Shown: positions 9,361 through 20,707 of the stretch, piece after piece
How positions within the stretch are numbered: the first letter of the stretch is position 1
Layout of the letters: every line of letters starts with the position of its first letter
Origin: Octopus sinensis
Taxonomy: Eukaryota
DNA length: 21,673 nt
Assembly: GCF_006345805.1 (NCBI RefSeq)
Contig: NW_021823680.1
Span: 1 to 21,673 of the forward strand
Reading direction: 5' to 3'
Notes under the pieces: generated by a model
Databases searched by the model: none
The model's input: only the letters and a program-made list of their open reading frames with translations
What the model was told of the DNA's origin: nothing
Translations under genes and position numbers: made by a program

Positions 9361-10794
9361 TTCATGTATCACTTGATTAATTGAATAATTAGTGTAATAT
9401 TTATATAATCTGATGGTTTTAGCATAGCAGCTGATGATTCTGCAGTGTTATTTGCTTTTATCATCTTGATTTCTTTTATAGTTGTGATTCAGCAGCTTTT
9501 ACAGTTGGTGTTTCTGTTGATTCCATTTGGATGAAGTAGGTTTTAATTATTCAATTCATAATGATACTTTCATGCCACCTTCAGTGATAATTAAAATGAT
9601 GTATGGACATTATTTGGAACAACTCTCTTCTGTGACATTCTGCTTCAAATAAATGTTCCCACTCTTTCAACCATGTGGTGCCCTCATAATTTGTGGAGGT
9701 ATTCATGCAGTGGTACTCAAGTAGAATTAGAATTTCAGTTTATTCTTTAATTGTTTCACTATTATAGTGTTGTCTTATTCATTCTTAGTTTATTCAGGCA
9801 TTTTGGATGTTGTGTTTCTTTAATTTTACAAACATCAGCAATTTAAATGGTTTTGTCATCTCAGACATTAGAGACAGACCAGACAACAAATTAGGTTTCT
9901 ACTTCTGTAACTTTATGTCATAACACATTACAGTAAATAACCATGTTTCTTAGCACTCAGTAACATTGTACTTTAACAGCCTACTGTTAAATATCAATAA
10001 AACTTTTTCTCCAAACAGATTTAATGAAACTGTCTTCATTAATCAATGTAAGCTTATATAAATATTATAAATTATATATTTAGTGAGACAGCTAAAATTG
10101 CTAGGTGAGTGATATATTGAACTATTTGTTGTTGGTTCAAATCTTTGGTAAGCATTTTGTTGTATTACTGGGAACACCTCACATTCATTTAGCTGTTGGG
10201 AATAGGTCCCTTCTCTGTTCAGTGCTACAAAAGATTGAAACCAATTGTATGGAACCCTTATCATCTTGAAAAAACTACTTTGTATTAATACTGATTTTTT
10301 TTTTTTCATGCAGGAATATAGGCAATAGTGGATTAAATCTAAGGCAGTATATTAATGTTATTTGTTGTTTAGCCCCAGGTCAGCTCTCATGAGCAAACCT
10401 ATAATAAGCAAATGCATTCCAACATACATGACTTTTTCTCTTTGCAGCTTTAGTATATTTAGGACTGCATAAGCTTATATGTCTTCTTATTTAAGATTGT
10501 AAGGTGCTATTTGAGTGATATTAGGCTGCAATTTCTTTCTTGTTAAGAAATTTCATAGGGTTTCTTTCATTGATTCAACTAATATTTATTTTATCCTTTC
10601 ACATGAATTATAAATCAAAGTTTTTCTTCATAGAATATGAATTCAATGTATAAGCAATGAAGCTAAATTATGTTAGGTATTTTTATACTATTAATCAACT
10701 ATTGCAGTAAATTCACCACGTGCTACCTATATATAAATATTAAATGTCATATGAAAAAGTCTTATTTTCAACTTTTACAAGACAAATAAAAAGT

Positions 10795-10811
10795 GTCTTT
10801 TCTATTTTCAG
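10795..10811 (+). promoter_or_regulatory. Candidate splice acceptor (pyrimidine tract plus CAG) upstream of the 446-aa ORF
   Basis: TGTCTTTTCTATTTTCAG|AAAG, 32 nt before the ATG. Confidence 0.55.
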
Positions 10812-10843
10812 AAAGTAGTCAAGAAGATAACTGAAAAAAAATC

Positions 10844-12184
10844 ATGTTTTGTCATCTCTTTCGTCGACAACGAAATGTAGAAAAAGTATCGAGAGAACTG
10901 CCTCCTATTCCGAAAGAAGTAAAATTGTGTCCTCCCAACAGTAATAATGATTTGGATGATTCCAACCACATTTATGAAGAAATTGCAGATATGGGACAAA
11001 GAACTAGTGAAAATGTTCAAAAGAAATTAAGCAAAGTTAAACAAAATGATGCTTCAAAAAATAAAGATTCTCAAACTTTTAAGAACCTTCTCCCACAATG
11101 TTCTCCTAAAATAAACCCTAAAACTATTCGGGGTCAAAAAGAAAATCATGAAATAGAATATAAAGAAATTGAGTTTTGTGTACCAAGTCAGTCAGAAGTG
11201 TATGAATCTTCTTCAAAAAACTTACACTATGGCAAGTATTCAAAGGAACAAGCTCCAACTAAAAACACAGAGACTCATGTTAATTTACAAGGATGCTGCT
11301 GCAAAGAATGTTACAACACTTACAAATGCAATCTAGAAACCCCTGATTTATTTTCAAATTTGAAGGGCAAAAGGGATGACAAGTTTAATTCATTAAACTC
11401 TAGACACTGCAAATCAGCACAGAAAGTAACAGCTTTTGATTACTGTAAATGTGAAAAGCAATTTAAAAATCAATGCAAGTGTGTTTTAAAAGAATTGAAA
11501 CAACAAAAAGATAGAGAAACCTCCAGTAATGAACTTGCCTTTGTAGACCTATTAGAACATGAAGAAATGGATGGCAATGATAGTTGGTGTGAGTACCATA
11601 TGAATACAGCTCAAGATTATTCTTCAAGTAGTGTGCTTAGTGAGAATCTTTCATTGAATAGTGTCAAAGAAGAACAAAGACAAGATCCTCATATTGTGCA
11701 AATTAGTAATCACAAATCTTGCAAAGGAGCAAAATTATGTGAATGTGAAGAAAATAGTGACTGTGTTTCTTTGACAAGTGTATCAAGTCTACCATATAAC
11801 TGCTCCCTTTCTACATATATTGGTTATAATGATTCATCCTGTAACAGAGTGAAATCCATCAGTGATATGTCAAGTGTAAATAGTAGTACTTTTAGTTCTC
11901 TCTGTATTAATGATGTTGCATCAAGAAAAACAAATATTTTCTCAAACAATTATTGCCATAGACGCTCAAGAACTTTACCTGAAATTGCAACAAAAGGACA
12001 AAAAGAATTTAAAGTGTTTGATATAAATATTGCAAATGAAGTTGTAAGTAAAAATTCTTCAAAATTGCCCAAACAATCTATAGTTTCTTCACCTTTTGAA
12101 TATAATGGAAAAGTTCGGAAAAACCAAATACTTAATGAACTGATATATTTGAATTATGAACAGTTGCAATTAAAGTGTTTGTAG
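10844..12184 (+). CDS. Uncharacterised 446-aa Ser/Asn/Lys/Cys-rich protein, probably a single coding exon of a host gene
   Basis: Uninterrupted 1341-bp ORF in AT-rich DNA with no transposon motifs. The ATG has A at -3 and an in-frame TGA at 10832. Linear motifs RELPPIP and NHIYEEI lie near the N-terminus. Confidence 0.75.
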   Translation: MFCHLFRRQRNVEKVSRELPPIPKEVKLCPPNSNNDLDDSNHIYEEIADMGQRTSENVQKKLSKVKQNDASKNKDSQTFKNLLPQCSPKINPKTIRGQKENHEIEYKEIEFCVPSQSEVYESSSKNLHYGKYSKEQAPTKNTETHVNLQGCCCKECYNTYKCNLETPDLFSNLKGKRDDKFNSLNSRHCKSAQKVTAFDYCKCEKQFKNQCKCVLKELKQQKDRETSSNELAFVDLLEHEEMDGNDSWCEYHMNTAQDYSSSSVLSENLSLNSVKEEQRQDPHIVQISNHKSCKGAKLCECEENSDCVSLTSVSSLPYNCSLSTYIGYNDSSCNRVKSISDMSSVNSSTFSSLCINDVASRKTNIFSNNYCHRRSRTLPEIATKGQKEFKVFDINIANEVVSKNSSKLPKQSIVSSPFEYNGKVRKNQILNELIYLNYEQLQLKCL

Positions 12185-13319
12185 ATCATTGATGATCCTA
12201 AATATTATATCTAACATTTATATTTTGCAATATTTTTTGCTGTAAAGATTTTTATATTTCTTTTTGCTAAAAAAAAAAAAAATAATGAATATTGATTCTG
12301 AATGTCTGTGATGTGAATATGTGATCTAACTCACCTTGGTATGATGTGAAGATTTGATGTAACTAATCTTGGTTGATTTTGTGATATTTGAAACATTGCA
12401 AGTATGTTGTTTTGTTAACATCATGTGTATTAAAATTTAATTGCTTTATGAGTGTGGATAGACATAAGAAATCAGTGTCATAAATATAAGCCTGAAAAAC
12501 TGAATATGAATATTTGAAGAAGATTGGTATGCTACAAGTTTTGATGAATTTGATAGAGGATATAGCAAGCATAGCACTGTAGTTAAGAAGTTTGCATCTC
12601 AACTTCATAGTTACAGTTTTAATTCCATTGCACAGCATCATCACTAAGTGTTTTCTACAATAGCCTTGGGTTAGCCAAAACTTTGTCAGTAAAAATTTAC
12701 AAATGGAAACTGCATGGAAACTTGTTGGAGGGCTCTTTGTTGTTCATGGATGGTAAGTCCAGTTTAAACTTGCCACCTGGTCTGTGTATGCTTTTAGTAG
12801 GTGCCACTTTGTTGCAAGCATGTTGGCTACATCTTTCTGGGGATTATTTCCACTCAAAGTCATTAAGACTGCTCATCTTCAGATGACTCAAGAATAAAAA
12901 TAATTACTGTTTAAGATGTTTGCTAAGGAAGAGCATTTCATTAGTGAATAATCTTATTTCTTTGAGTGAAGATCAGATTTCTTCTAGTAGTGCATCAATA
13001 ATGAAAGTCAGTATACCATACTATATTTCTATATGCATAAATATTTCTCTATGTCCTTTGATCTAGAAGACAAAAATAATTCAGCTTCACTGAGAAGATC
13101 TAATAAGATAGAAACACATTTGAAGTTGTCATAGTGTCTGGTAATGCTCAGACTAGCCTTCTACTCACTACATTATCTATTTATAATTTTAACTAATCTA
13201 TAAAAACATCTCAATTTCTTTATCTGTGTTGTTGCCATTGCTTTATTTGATTTTGCTAAACATTGTTCAACTTCGTTTACCTCTTCTCTGTGTAGGAATT
13301 GTCTTGATCAATTATTGTG

Positions 13320-13851
13320 CTTGCTACATTAGATATGTTAGCACCCAAGCTTTACCAAGTGCTCATGAACGATTGATTTTGATAGGTTGAGGCTTTCTGC
13401 CAATTCTCAGGTTGTGCAATGTGGGTTATTCTCAATTAATGACTTGATTTGGTCATCATCTGTACTGGATGGTCTGCCTGATTGCTCTTTATCAATAAGG
13501 CTACAATCTCCAGCTCAGAACCTTGTGAACCACTTCCGTACAGTTCTTTCAGATAAAGAAACATCACTGTAAACTGCGCATATTTCTTTGGTTGCTTGTA
13601 AGGCATTTTTCCCTTTATGGAAAAAGAAAAGCATCAAGTGCCGAAAATGAACTTTCTTATCTTCCATTTTAAAGGGTTACAGAATTGACACAGGTTATAG
13701 GAACATAAATCTTCTTCCACGAAAAGAAAGCTTAAACTGTGCTCTAAATGGAAGTGTAGTCAAATCCTATTTTATGGACTCAACCATGTTCTAAAATAAG
13801 TCGAAAGGTAAGCTACTATAAACCGGCACAAACTTTCTGGACAACCCAATA
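13320..13851 (-). mobile_element. 5' fragment of a mariner element (one TIR plus N-terminal transposase)
   Basis: Minus strand starts TA-TTGGGTTGTCCAGAAAGTTTGTGCCG, a mariner-type TIR. Transposase ATG is at 13667. Confidence 0.88.
13340..13667 (-). pseudogene. Mariner transposase N-terminal HTH region with two TGA stops
   Basis: MEDKKVHFRHLMLFFFHKGKNALQATKEICAVY...SERTVRKWFTRF*AGD...QSGRPS...ELAESLNLSKSIVHEHLVKLG. Confidence 0.9.
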
Positions 13852-15493
13852 CTAACTTCAGGAAATCTGCCTGCCACCTATTCACCTACCGATCTGGTGA
13901 ACACACAAGTCAAATTGAATACATCCTCACCAGGAAATGGGAAAGATGGTTACTTATAAATGCCAAAACCTTCCCAGGTGAAGAATGCACCCCACAACAT
14001 AGATTAGTAGTTAGTGACTTCAGGATCAGGGCTAAATGGATGCCCAGAAGACAACCAGCATGGAGAAGAAGAGTCTGGAAGCTTAAGGATCCTGCAAATA
14101 TATAGTGATTTAGAGACTTATTACTCAAAGCTTTTGATGAAATAGAGTGGATATTGCATCACATGATGTGGAAGACAATTGGAGGTTTCTACGGGACAAC
14201 CTGTTGAGGGCTACTGACCAGATCTATGGATGGTGCAAAGTCCCCTTATGATCCAAGGTAATGTGGTGGTGGAACAATGTAGTTGACAGGGCCATTAGGA
14301 AAAAGAAACAGGAATAGAATGACTGGAAGAATGGTGGTAACAGGGAATTGTATCAGATTGCCAGAAGGAAACCTAGGAGACAGGTTTACTTAGCCAGAGG
14401 GGAAGCAGATAAGAAAATAATTGCCAATGTTCTGTGTCATGAGGATCAAAGACTTGAAGTGTTTCGTGTTGCAAGACAGTGTGTGAGAGAGAATTGTGAT
14501 GTCATAGGAGAGAAATGTGTCCGCATGAATGATGGCTCACTTGCATTTAATGAGGCTGCAAGGAGAGAGACTTGGAGACGCCACTATGAAAGTTTGCTAA
14601 AGGAAGAGAATGAATGGGAGAAAGAGAGTCTGCTGAATGTCGACTCAACAGGGGAACAAGTCTCCAAATTGACTGTACCTTTGTAGATAAAGCAAGTAAG
14701 GGTATGAAAACAGGCAAAGCCTCCAGACCATCAGGAATCACTGCAGAGATGCTTAAAATATCTGGCAGTGTCAGCTATAGTCTAGTCACCTGTATAATCA
14801 ATCAGGTGATACGTGAAGGGGTCATACCCAAAGACTGGTGTAGCAGCACCAGTCAACTGTAAAGGTGACGCATTAGATACAAATAATTACAGAGGTATCA
14901 AGTTATTGGATCAGGTAATGAAAGTCATGGAGAGGGTCATAACCCAACTAATTAGGGAGAGAATCAGTCTAGATGAGATGCAGTTTGGGTTTGAGCCAGG
15001 GAAAAGCACCACTGATGCTATATTTCTGGTAAGGCAGCTGCAAGAACAAGCCTTTGACAGGGTCCCCCAATCTCTTATCTGGTGGTCAATGCAGAAACTA
15101 GGGATAAATGAGTGGTTAGTGAGAGCTGTACAAGTCATGTACAGAGATGCTGTCAGTAATGTGATGGTTGGCATTGAATACAGTGAAGAATTCCGGGTAG
15201 GGGTACGGGTCCACTAAGGATCAGTTCTCCGCCCTCTCTTATTCATCATAGTCCTCCAGGCAATAACAGAGGAATTCAAGACAGGATGCCCCTTGGAGCT
15301 TTTCTTTGCTGATGACCTTGCTCTAATTGCTGAGTCACTATCAGAAATAGAGAAGTTTCAGATGTGGAAGGAAGGTCTAGAATCGAAGGGCTTTAGTGCC
15401 GTCAACCTTCCAAAAACCAAAGTCTTAATAAGTAGGAAGGCAGACAAACCACAAATCCCTTCAGGTATATGGCCCTGCTTGATCTGTAGAAAA
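13846..15493 (+). mobile_element. RTE fragment (late APE to start of PHD), degraded
   Basis: Collinear with 170-2965: KTFPGEECTPQHRLVV, YRGIKLLDQVMKV, QFGF, FFADD, and ending WPCLICRK. Confidence 0.93.
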
Positions 15494-16805
15494 CCATCAC
15501 ATTACTGACAGCATCCCTGTACATGGCTTGTATAGCTCTCACTAACCATTCATCTATCCCCAGTTTCCTCGTTGACCACTAGATACAGGTACAGAGGTTT
15601 GTCTTTGGCTAGGTATTGTTCCTGTAGCAGTCTTACCAGAAACATAGCATCAGTGGTGCTTTTCCCTGGCACAAACCCAAACTGCATCTTGTCTAGACTG
15701 ACTCTCTCCCTAATTAGTTGGGCTATGACCCTCTCCGTGACTTTCATTACTTGATCCAATAACTTGATACCTCTGTAATTATTTGTATCTAATGCATCAC
15801 CTTTACATTTGTAGCAGTTGATTAAGGTGCTGCTACACCAGTCATTGGGTATGACCCCTTCACGTATCGCCTGATTGACTGTATGGGTGACTAGGCTATA
15901 GCAAACACCGCCAGATATTTTAAGCATCTCTGTGGTGATTCCTGATGGGCCAGGGGATTTCCCTGTCTTCATACCTTTAATTGCTTTATCTACCTAGGTA
16001 TTGTCAATTTTGAAAGCTTGTTCACTATTGGGTTGACATATTGCAGACTCTTTCTCCCATTCATTCTCTTCACTTAGCAACCTTTCATAGTGGTGTCTCC
16101 AAGTCTCTCTCCTTGTAGCCTTATTAAATGCAAGTGAACCGTCATCTATGCAGACACATTTCTCTCTTACAACATCATGATTCTCTCTCAGACACTGTTT
16201 TGCAACATGAAACACCTGAGGTCTTTGGTCCTCTTGACAGAGAACATTGACAAATTTTTTTCTTATCTGCTTCCCCTCTGGCTAAATAAACCTGTTGCCA
16301 GCCACAAAGAGAAGGTTCCTGTCATTCGTTGATGAGGTAGTCTGCAAGAGGCTGTCATAAAATCAGTCTTTCTGTTCATCAGGTAACACCGGCTGAGGGT
16401 TATAGGCTGAGATAATGGCTGCTAACTCATCATTCAGCACTAATCTAATCTTAAGTATCCTATTGCAGACTCTGACTATCTCGATTATCCTATCAACCTA
16501 TTTCTCTGCAAGAAGTATATCCATGCCCCCAATCCCATCAGTGTTCCCTACCCAGAAAATTTTATACCTATGTTCTTTACCTGTGAGGAACCTAGCAGAA
16601 CCTCCTATCTACCTTCTTGGATGCAGCACAAATCTACACGTCTCAGCAATCTCACCAGACCTACCTTTCAGTATGTCAACTCTGAGGGTATGGGAGGTAT
16701 GGGGGACAGCAGTGCCATGTTCCTGAAAAGAAAGCTTGCATTTGGCAGAACTCCTGAAGATACTATCGCCTCCATACACTACACCACCATTTCTGCACAG
16801 TACAT
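15494..16805 (-). mobile_element. Inverted RTE fragment containing the APE N-terminus joined by a large deletion to the linker and RT N-half
   Basis: Minus strand gives LKGRSGEIA, LCCIQE, IISAYNPQP and LLFVAG. It then jumps at ~16297 to QVYLARG and continues MKTGKSPGPSGI...YRGIKLLDQVMKVTERV. Confidence 0.92.
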
Positions 16806-16874
16806 AATCACTAAATTACATAGGAGATAAACCCTAAGTAGGGATTGTTTGTGTGTCTATGTTTCTCACCCCAC

Positions 16875-17931
16875 AAAGGTAGACTGTACGACGCATGTGC
16901 ATGAACAGCCAAGCTACATGGCAGTGAAACATGGGCCGTGACTGCTGAGGACATGCGTAAGCTCGCAAGGAATGAAGCCAGTATGATCCAATGGATGTGT
17001 AATGTCAGTGTGCATACTCGACAGTGTTAGTGCCTTGAGAGAAAGGTTGGACCTAAGAAGCATCATATGTAGTGTGCAAGAGAGACAACTGCGCTGGTAT
17101 GGTCAGGTGGTGAGAATGGATGTGGATAGCTGCGTGAAAAAGTGCCACACCCTAGCAGTTGAGGGAACCTGTGGAAGAGGTAGACCCAGGAAGACCTGGG
17201 ATGAGGTGATGAAGCATGACCTTCAAACTTTGGGCCTCACCGAAGCAATGACTAGTGACCGGGACCTCTGGAAATATGCTGTGCTTAAGACTCGGCAAGC
17301 GCAAGTGTGACCATAACCTTGTTGCCTATGCCAGGGGTGCAACCAGTCCACCTATGTGTGCCTTTCCTTCATTAGACACTAAACTCTGCTTGCAAAGATG
17401 AGTTGAGGCAAGTGAAGTCGAAGTCGGAATCAAACTTGATTGCGAAGACCTGTTGAGGCACGTGAAATCAAAATCAAACTCGGTGACTGGCATCCGATGC
17501 TTATGGAATGCTAAGAGTGCCATATGAGCGAGATTGTTGCCAGAGCAACAACCTGGCATTCGTGCCGATGGCACGTTAAACACACCATTTACGCATGATC
17601 ATTAGCTGCGTCACCTTACTAGCACTTGTGTTGGTGGCACATGAAAAACATTTGAGCGGGGTCGTTGCCAGTGCTGCTGTACTGGCTCCAGTGCAGGTGG
17701 CACATAAAAAGCACCATTTGAGTGTGACTGTTGCCAGTACACCCAACTGGCCCTCGTGCTGCTGGCACGTAAAAGCACCCACTACACTCTCAAAGTGGTT
17801 GGCATTAGGAGGGGCATCCAGCTGTAGAAACTCTGCCAGATCAGATGGAAGTCTAGTTCGCCAGACATCAGTCAAATCGTCCAACCCATGCTGACATGGA
17901 AAGCGGACGTTAAACGATGATTATGATGATG
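16875..17931 (+). mobile_element. RTE 3' fragment: ORF C-terminus, 3' UTR with tandem GGCACGTAAAAGCACC-type units, and (GAT)n tail
   Basis: KGRLYDAC, HGSETWAVTAED, LRWYGQVVRM, and GRGRPRKTW with stop at 17310. Tail CCAACCCATGCTGACATGGAAAGCGGACGTTAAACGATGATTATGATG. Confidence 0.93.
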
Positions 17932-17951
17932 TTTATAGATATATATATGTT

Positions 17952-17983
<32 letters not shown>

Positions 17984-18219
17984 TTTATATATATATATAT
18001 TTTATATGTATGTTTATAGATATATATATATGTGTATATATATATATAACTATATGTGTATATATATATATGTATGTATATATATATATGTGTATATATA
18101 TATATATGTATGTATATATATATATATATATGTGTATATATATATGTATGTATATTATATATATATATGTATATATATATGTATGTATATATATATATTA
18201 TGTATGTATATATATTATG

Positions 18220-18272
<53 letters not shown>

Positions 18273-18273
18273 G

Positions 18274-18324
<51 letters not shown>

Positions 18325-18682
18325 TGTATATATATATATATGTATATATATATATGTATATGTATGTATATATATGTATGTATATAATGTATATATATAT
18401 ATATGTATATATATATGTATGTAGATATATATATATGTATGTATATATGTGTATATATATGTATATATATATATGTATATATATATGTATATATTATATG
18501 TATATATATATATGTATATATATGTATGTATATATATATATGTATATATATAGTATATATATATATGTATATATATATGTATATATATATATGTGTATAT
18601 ATATATGTATATATATATGTATATATATATATATGTATATATATATGTATATATATATATGTGTATATATATATATATATAT
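17932..18682. repeat. ~750-bp (TA)n/(TATG)n microsatellite
   Basis: Direct inspection. It accounts for all the Y/I-rich spurious ORFs here. Confidence 0.97.
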
Positions 18683-18799
18683 GAATAAGAGAAAAAAATA
18701 TATATACACACACAAATATTACACTCCATAGAATCCATTACTAATCAGCCCCTTCATAGCTATATTTACACCCATTCATATTCTCCCTTCTCTGTTTTT

Positions 18800-18990
18800 T
18801 TCTTCTTCTTCTTCTTCATCATCATCGTTATCATCATCATCGGCGTCATCATCATCGCCACCATCATCACCACCATCTTCTCCTTCTCCTCCTTCTTCTT
18901 CTTCATCATCATCGTTATCATCATCATCGTCGTCATAATCATCACCACCATCACCATCATCTTCTCCTCCTTCTTCTTCTTCTTCTTCTC
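18800..18990. repeat. Compound (CTT)n/(CAT)n trinucleotide repeat with an internal two-copy block
   Basis: The block TTCTTCTTCATCATCATCGTTATCATCATC...CACCACCATC...TTCTCCTCC occurs twice. Confidence 0.9.
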
Positions 18991-19336
18991 CACCCCCTAC
19001 CCCTTAAGTTTGTCACTAATGTTTTTTAGTATAACACCTACGCTAATTCTATAAACAAGCCTGTCAATATAAATATTCCCCTGAATTGAACTGAGACTGC
19101 CAGCCGCCACTGACCATTCAAAATACGACCATCAGGGCACTCCCAGATTCTCCCACCCCCCTTTCCTCACCAGCCTTCCCTCTACTACCCTACCAAAACT
19201 CACAACTACCTCGAACACACAAGTGCAAACAAGGGAGTCAGAGAAAGGCAGAATGTCACTTAAATCTGAACACTACTATAGAAATATTCTTTTAAGAAAA
19301 CTTTTCTTCTAATTTTTCTAAATTTAATTATTTAAT

Positions 19337-19384
19337 CGTTACAGTTGAAAAGGTCTCAAAATGACCGAAACCGGTACTGAAATG
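19337..19384 (+). ncRNA. Minimal type-I hammerhead ribozyme motif (U3:A8 core), HHR-B
   Basis: Helix I CGTTACAG/CTGAAATG (7 of 8 paired, including one G-U); core TTGAAAA; helix II GGTC-TCAAAAT-GACC; GAAAC-CG-GT; cleavage triplet GTA (19374-19376). Confidence 0.72.
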
Positions 19385-19432
19385 TTCACTATAAAATTAT
19401 TTTAGCATTTTCTATTTTTTACTTGTTTTTTC

Positions 19433-19445
19433 ATATATATATATG

Positions 19446-19528
<83 letters not shown>

Positions 19529-19628
19529 GTATATATAATATGTAATATATATATATATATATATGTATAATATATATGTATATATATATATATATATGTA
19601 TTTATATATATGTATATATATATATGTA
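19433..19628. repeat. (TA)n/(TATG)n microsatellite
   Basis: Direct inspection. Confidence 0.95.
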
Positions 19629-20705
19629 GATAAGAAAGTTTGTTTGGTAAAGCACGTGGGTGAATATATAAGAAAATAGTAAAGTGTGAAAAAACGACAG
19701 AAGGCTTAAATGTTAAAAAATATATATATTTGTGTCAAAATGTCTGGAGAATATTGGAAAAATTTTTTTCCTTTCCTTAAAATGACATAATTTTAAAATT
19801 TTTAAAGAAATTACCGGTTTCGCGTGTAGCTTTTCAAATTTCTTGTGACGTTATGTTTATATTGTATGGAATTATCGTTGTTTTTATTTCCAGGCGATTT
19901 CTAAATAAGGGAGGTAGTGAGTGATTTTTTCCGGTGTAGGGGAGATAATCGCTTAAAAATTTTTTTTCATTTCCTTGTTAATATCTCTGTGTCAGTATGT
20001 TCGGATGGTTGAGTCTGGGTTTGTACTTTTCAATGAAGAATGTTTCCTTGTTCAGTCTCATTTGTGTTGATGATCCGAAAGCACATTGGTAAAATGGGAA
20101 GATTAAAAATTGTGGCAGTAGTTGCTTTGCGCATTTCTCGATGTGCTCACTAAAAGGTATCATTCTATATTCTGGGAATGCAATCTGTTGTCGATGCAGT
20201 GTGCATCTGCGCCTGAGTGATAGTCCCGTGGAACCCACGTAGTCTGGTGGCAGCCCGAGCATTTAATAACATAAATTATGTTTTCAGAGGCACAAGTAAA
20301 GTTAGATTTGATCTTAAATTTCTGTCCCTCTTTAAAGAAGAATTCTGATCCTTCCAATAGGTTAGGACATGTTGCACAGTTCGATCTACCACATTTTTTA
20401 ACTTTTGCATCCGTAATTTTAGAAGACAATTTTGCCTTTGTGAGAATCTTTTTAAGTGATTTAGGCTGTTTGTAGCTTTTAATGATTGGGTGTATGTTTA
20501 GAATTTCCTTTAATTTTGGGTTTTTATGAAGTATTGGTAAATTCTGGGTGATGATGGTGAAGGCTTCTTTGTTTCTGGTGTATGTAGATATGTAAGGTAG
20601 TATTTTCGGGGAAGGTGTGTTGTTGTGTTGAACTTTTCTTAAAGTTTCTATGTTGATTTCTGTTGCACGTCTGATCCAATCCTCTATGAGTTGAGCTGGG
20701 TAATG
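19629..20705 (-). mobile_element. Penelope-like element (PLE) 3' part, left arm of the palindrome: RT-EN linker, GIY-YIG endonuclease and 3' region
   Basis: Minus strand reads CGRSNCATC, TCASENIIYVIKCSGCH and RLNKETFFIEKYKPRLN. The 3' end abuts (TA)n. Confidence 0.9.
19805..19844 (-). ncRNA. Minimal type-I hammerhead motif (U3:A8), antisense-arm copy of HHR-A
   Basis: Exact reverse complement of 21578-21617. Confidence 0.8.
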
Positions 20706-20707
20706 TC

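Noticed and set aside
10043-10309. 88-aa minus-strand ORF with a faint resemblance to a LINE RT segment (NWFQSFV)
   Set aside because: Too few matching residues, and it starts in a T-run.
10345-10520. Segment that looks like a degraded interspersed repeat
   Set aside because: No second copy, termini or coding motif in the window to support a call.
10832-10834. In-frame TGA as selenocysteine
   Set aside because: No selenoprotein-like context and no SECIS recognised; a UTR stop or an A-run slip is simpler.
12269-12282. A14 run after the 446-aa ORF suggesting a processed retrocopy
   Set aside because: No AATAAA before it, no target duplication seen, and a splice acceptor lies upstream of the ORF.
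16828-16846. TAAACCCTA / CCCTAAGTAGGG as a telomeric seed or hairpin at the RTE inversion junction
   Set aside because: A single short occurrence, expected by chance.
17872-18738. Long Y/I/M/C-rich ORFs (up to 288 aa), and similar ones at 3364-3978 and 5109-5312
   Set aside because: These are translations of (TA)n/(TATG)n microsatellites.
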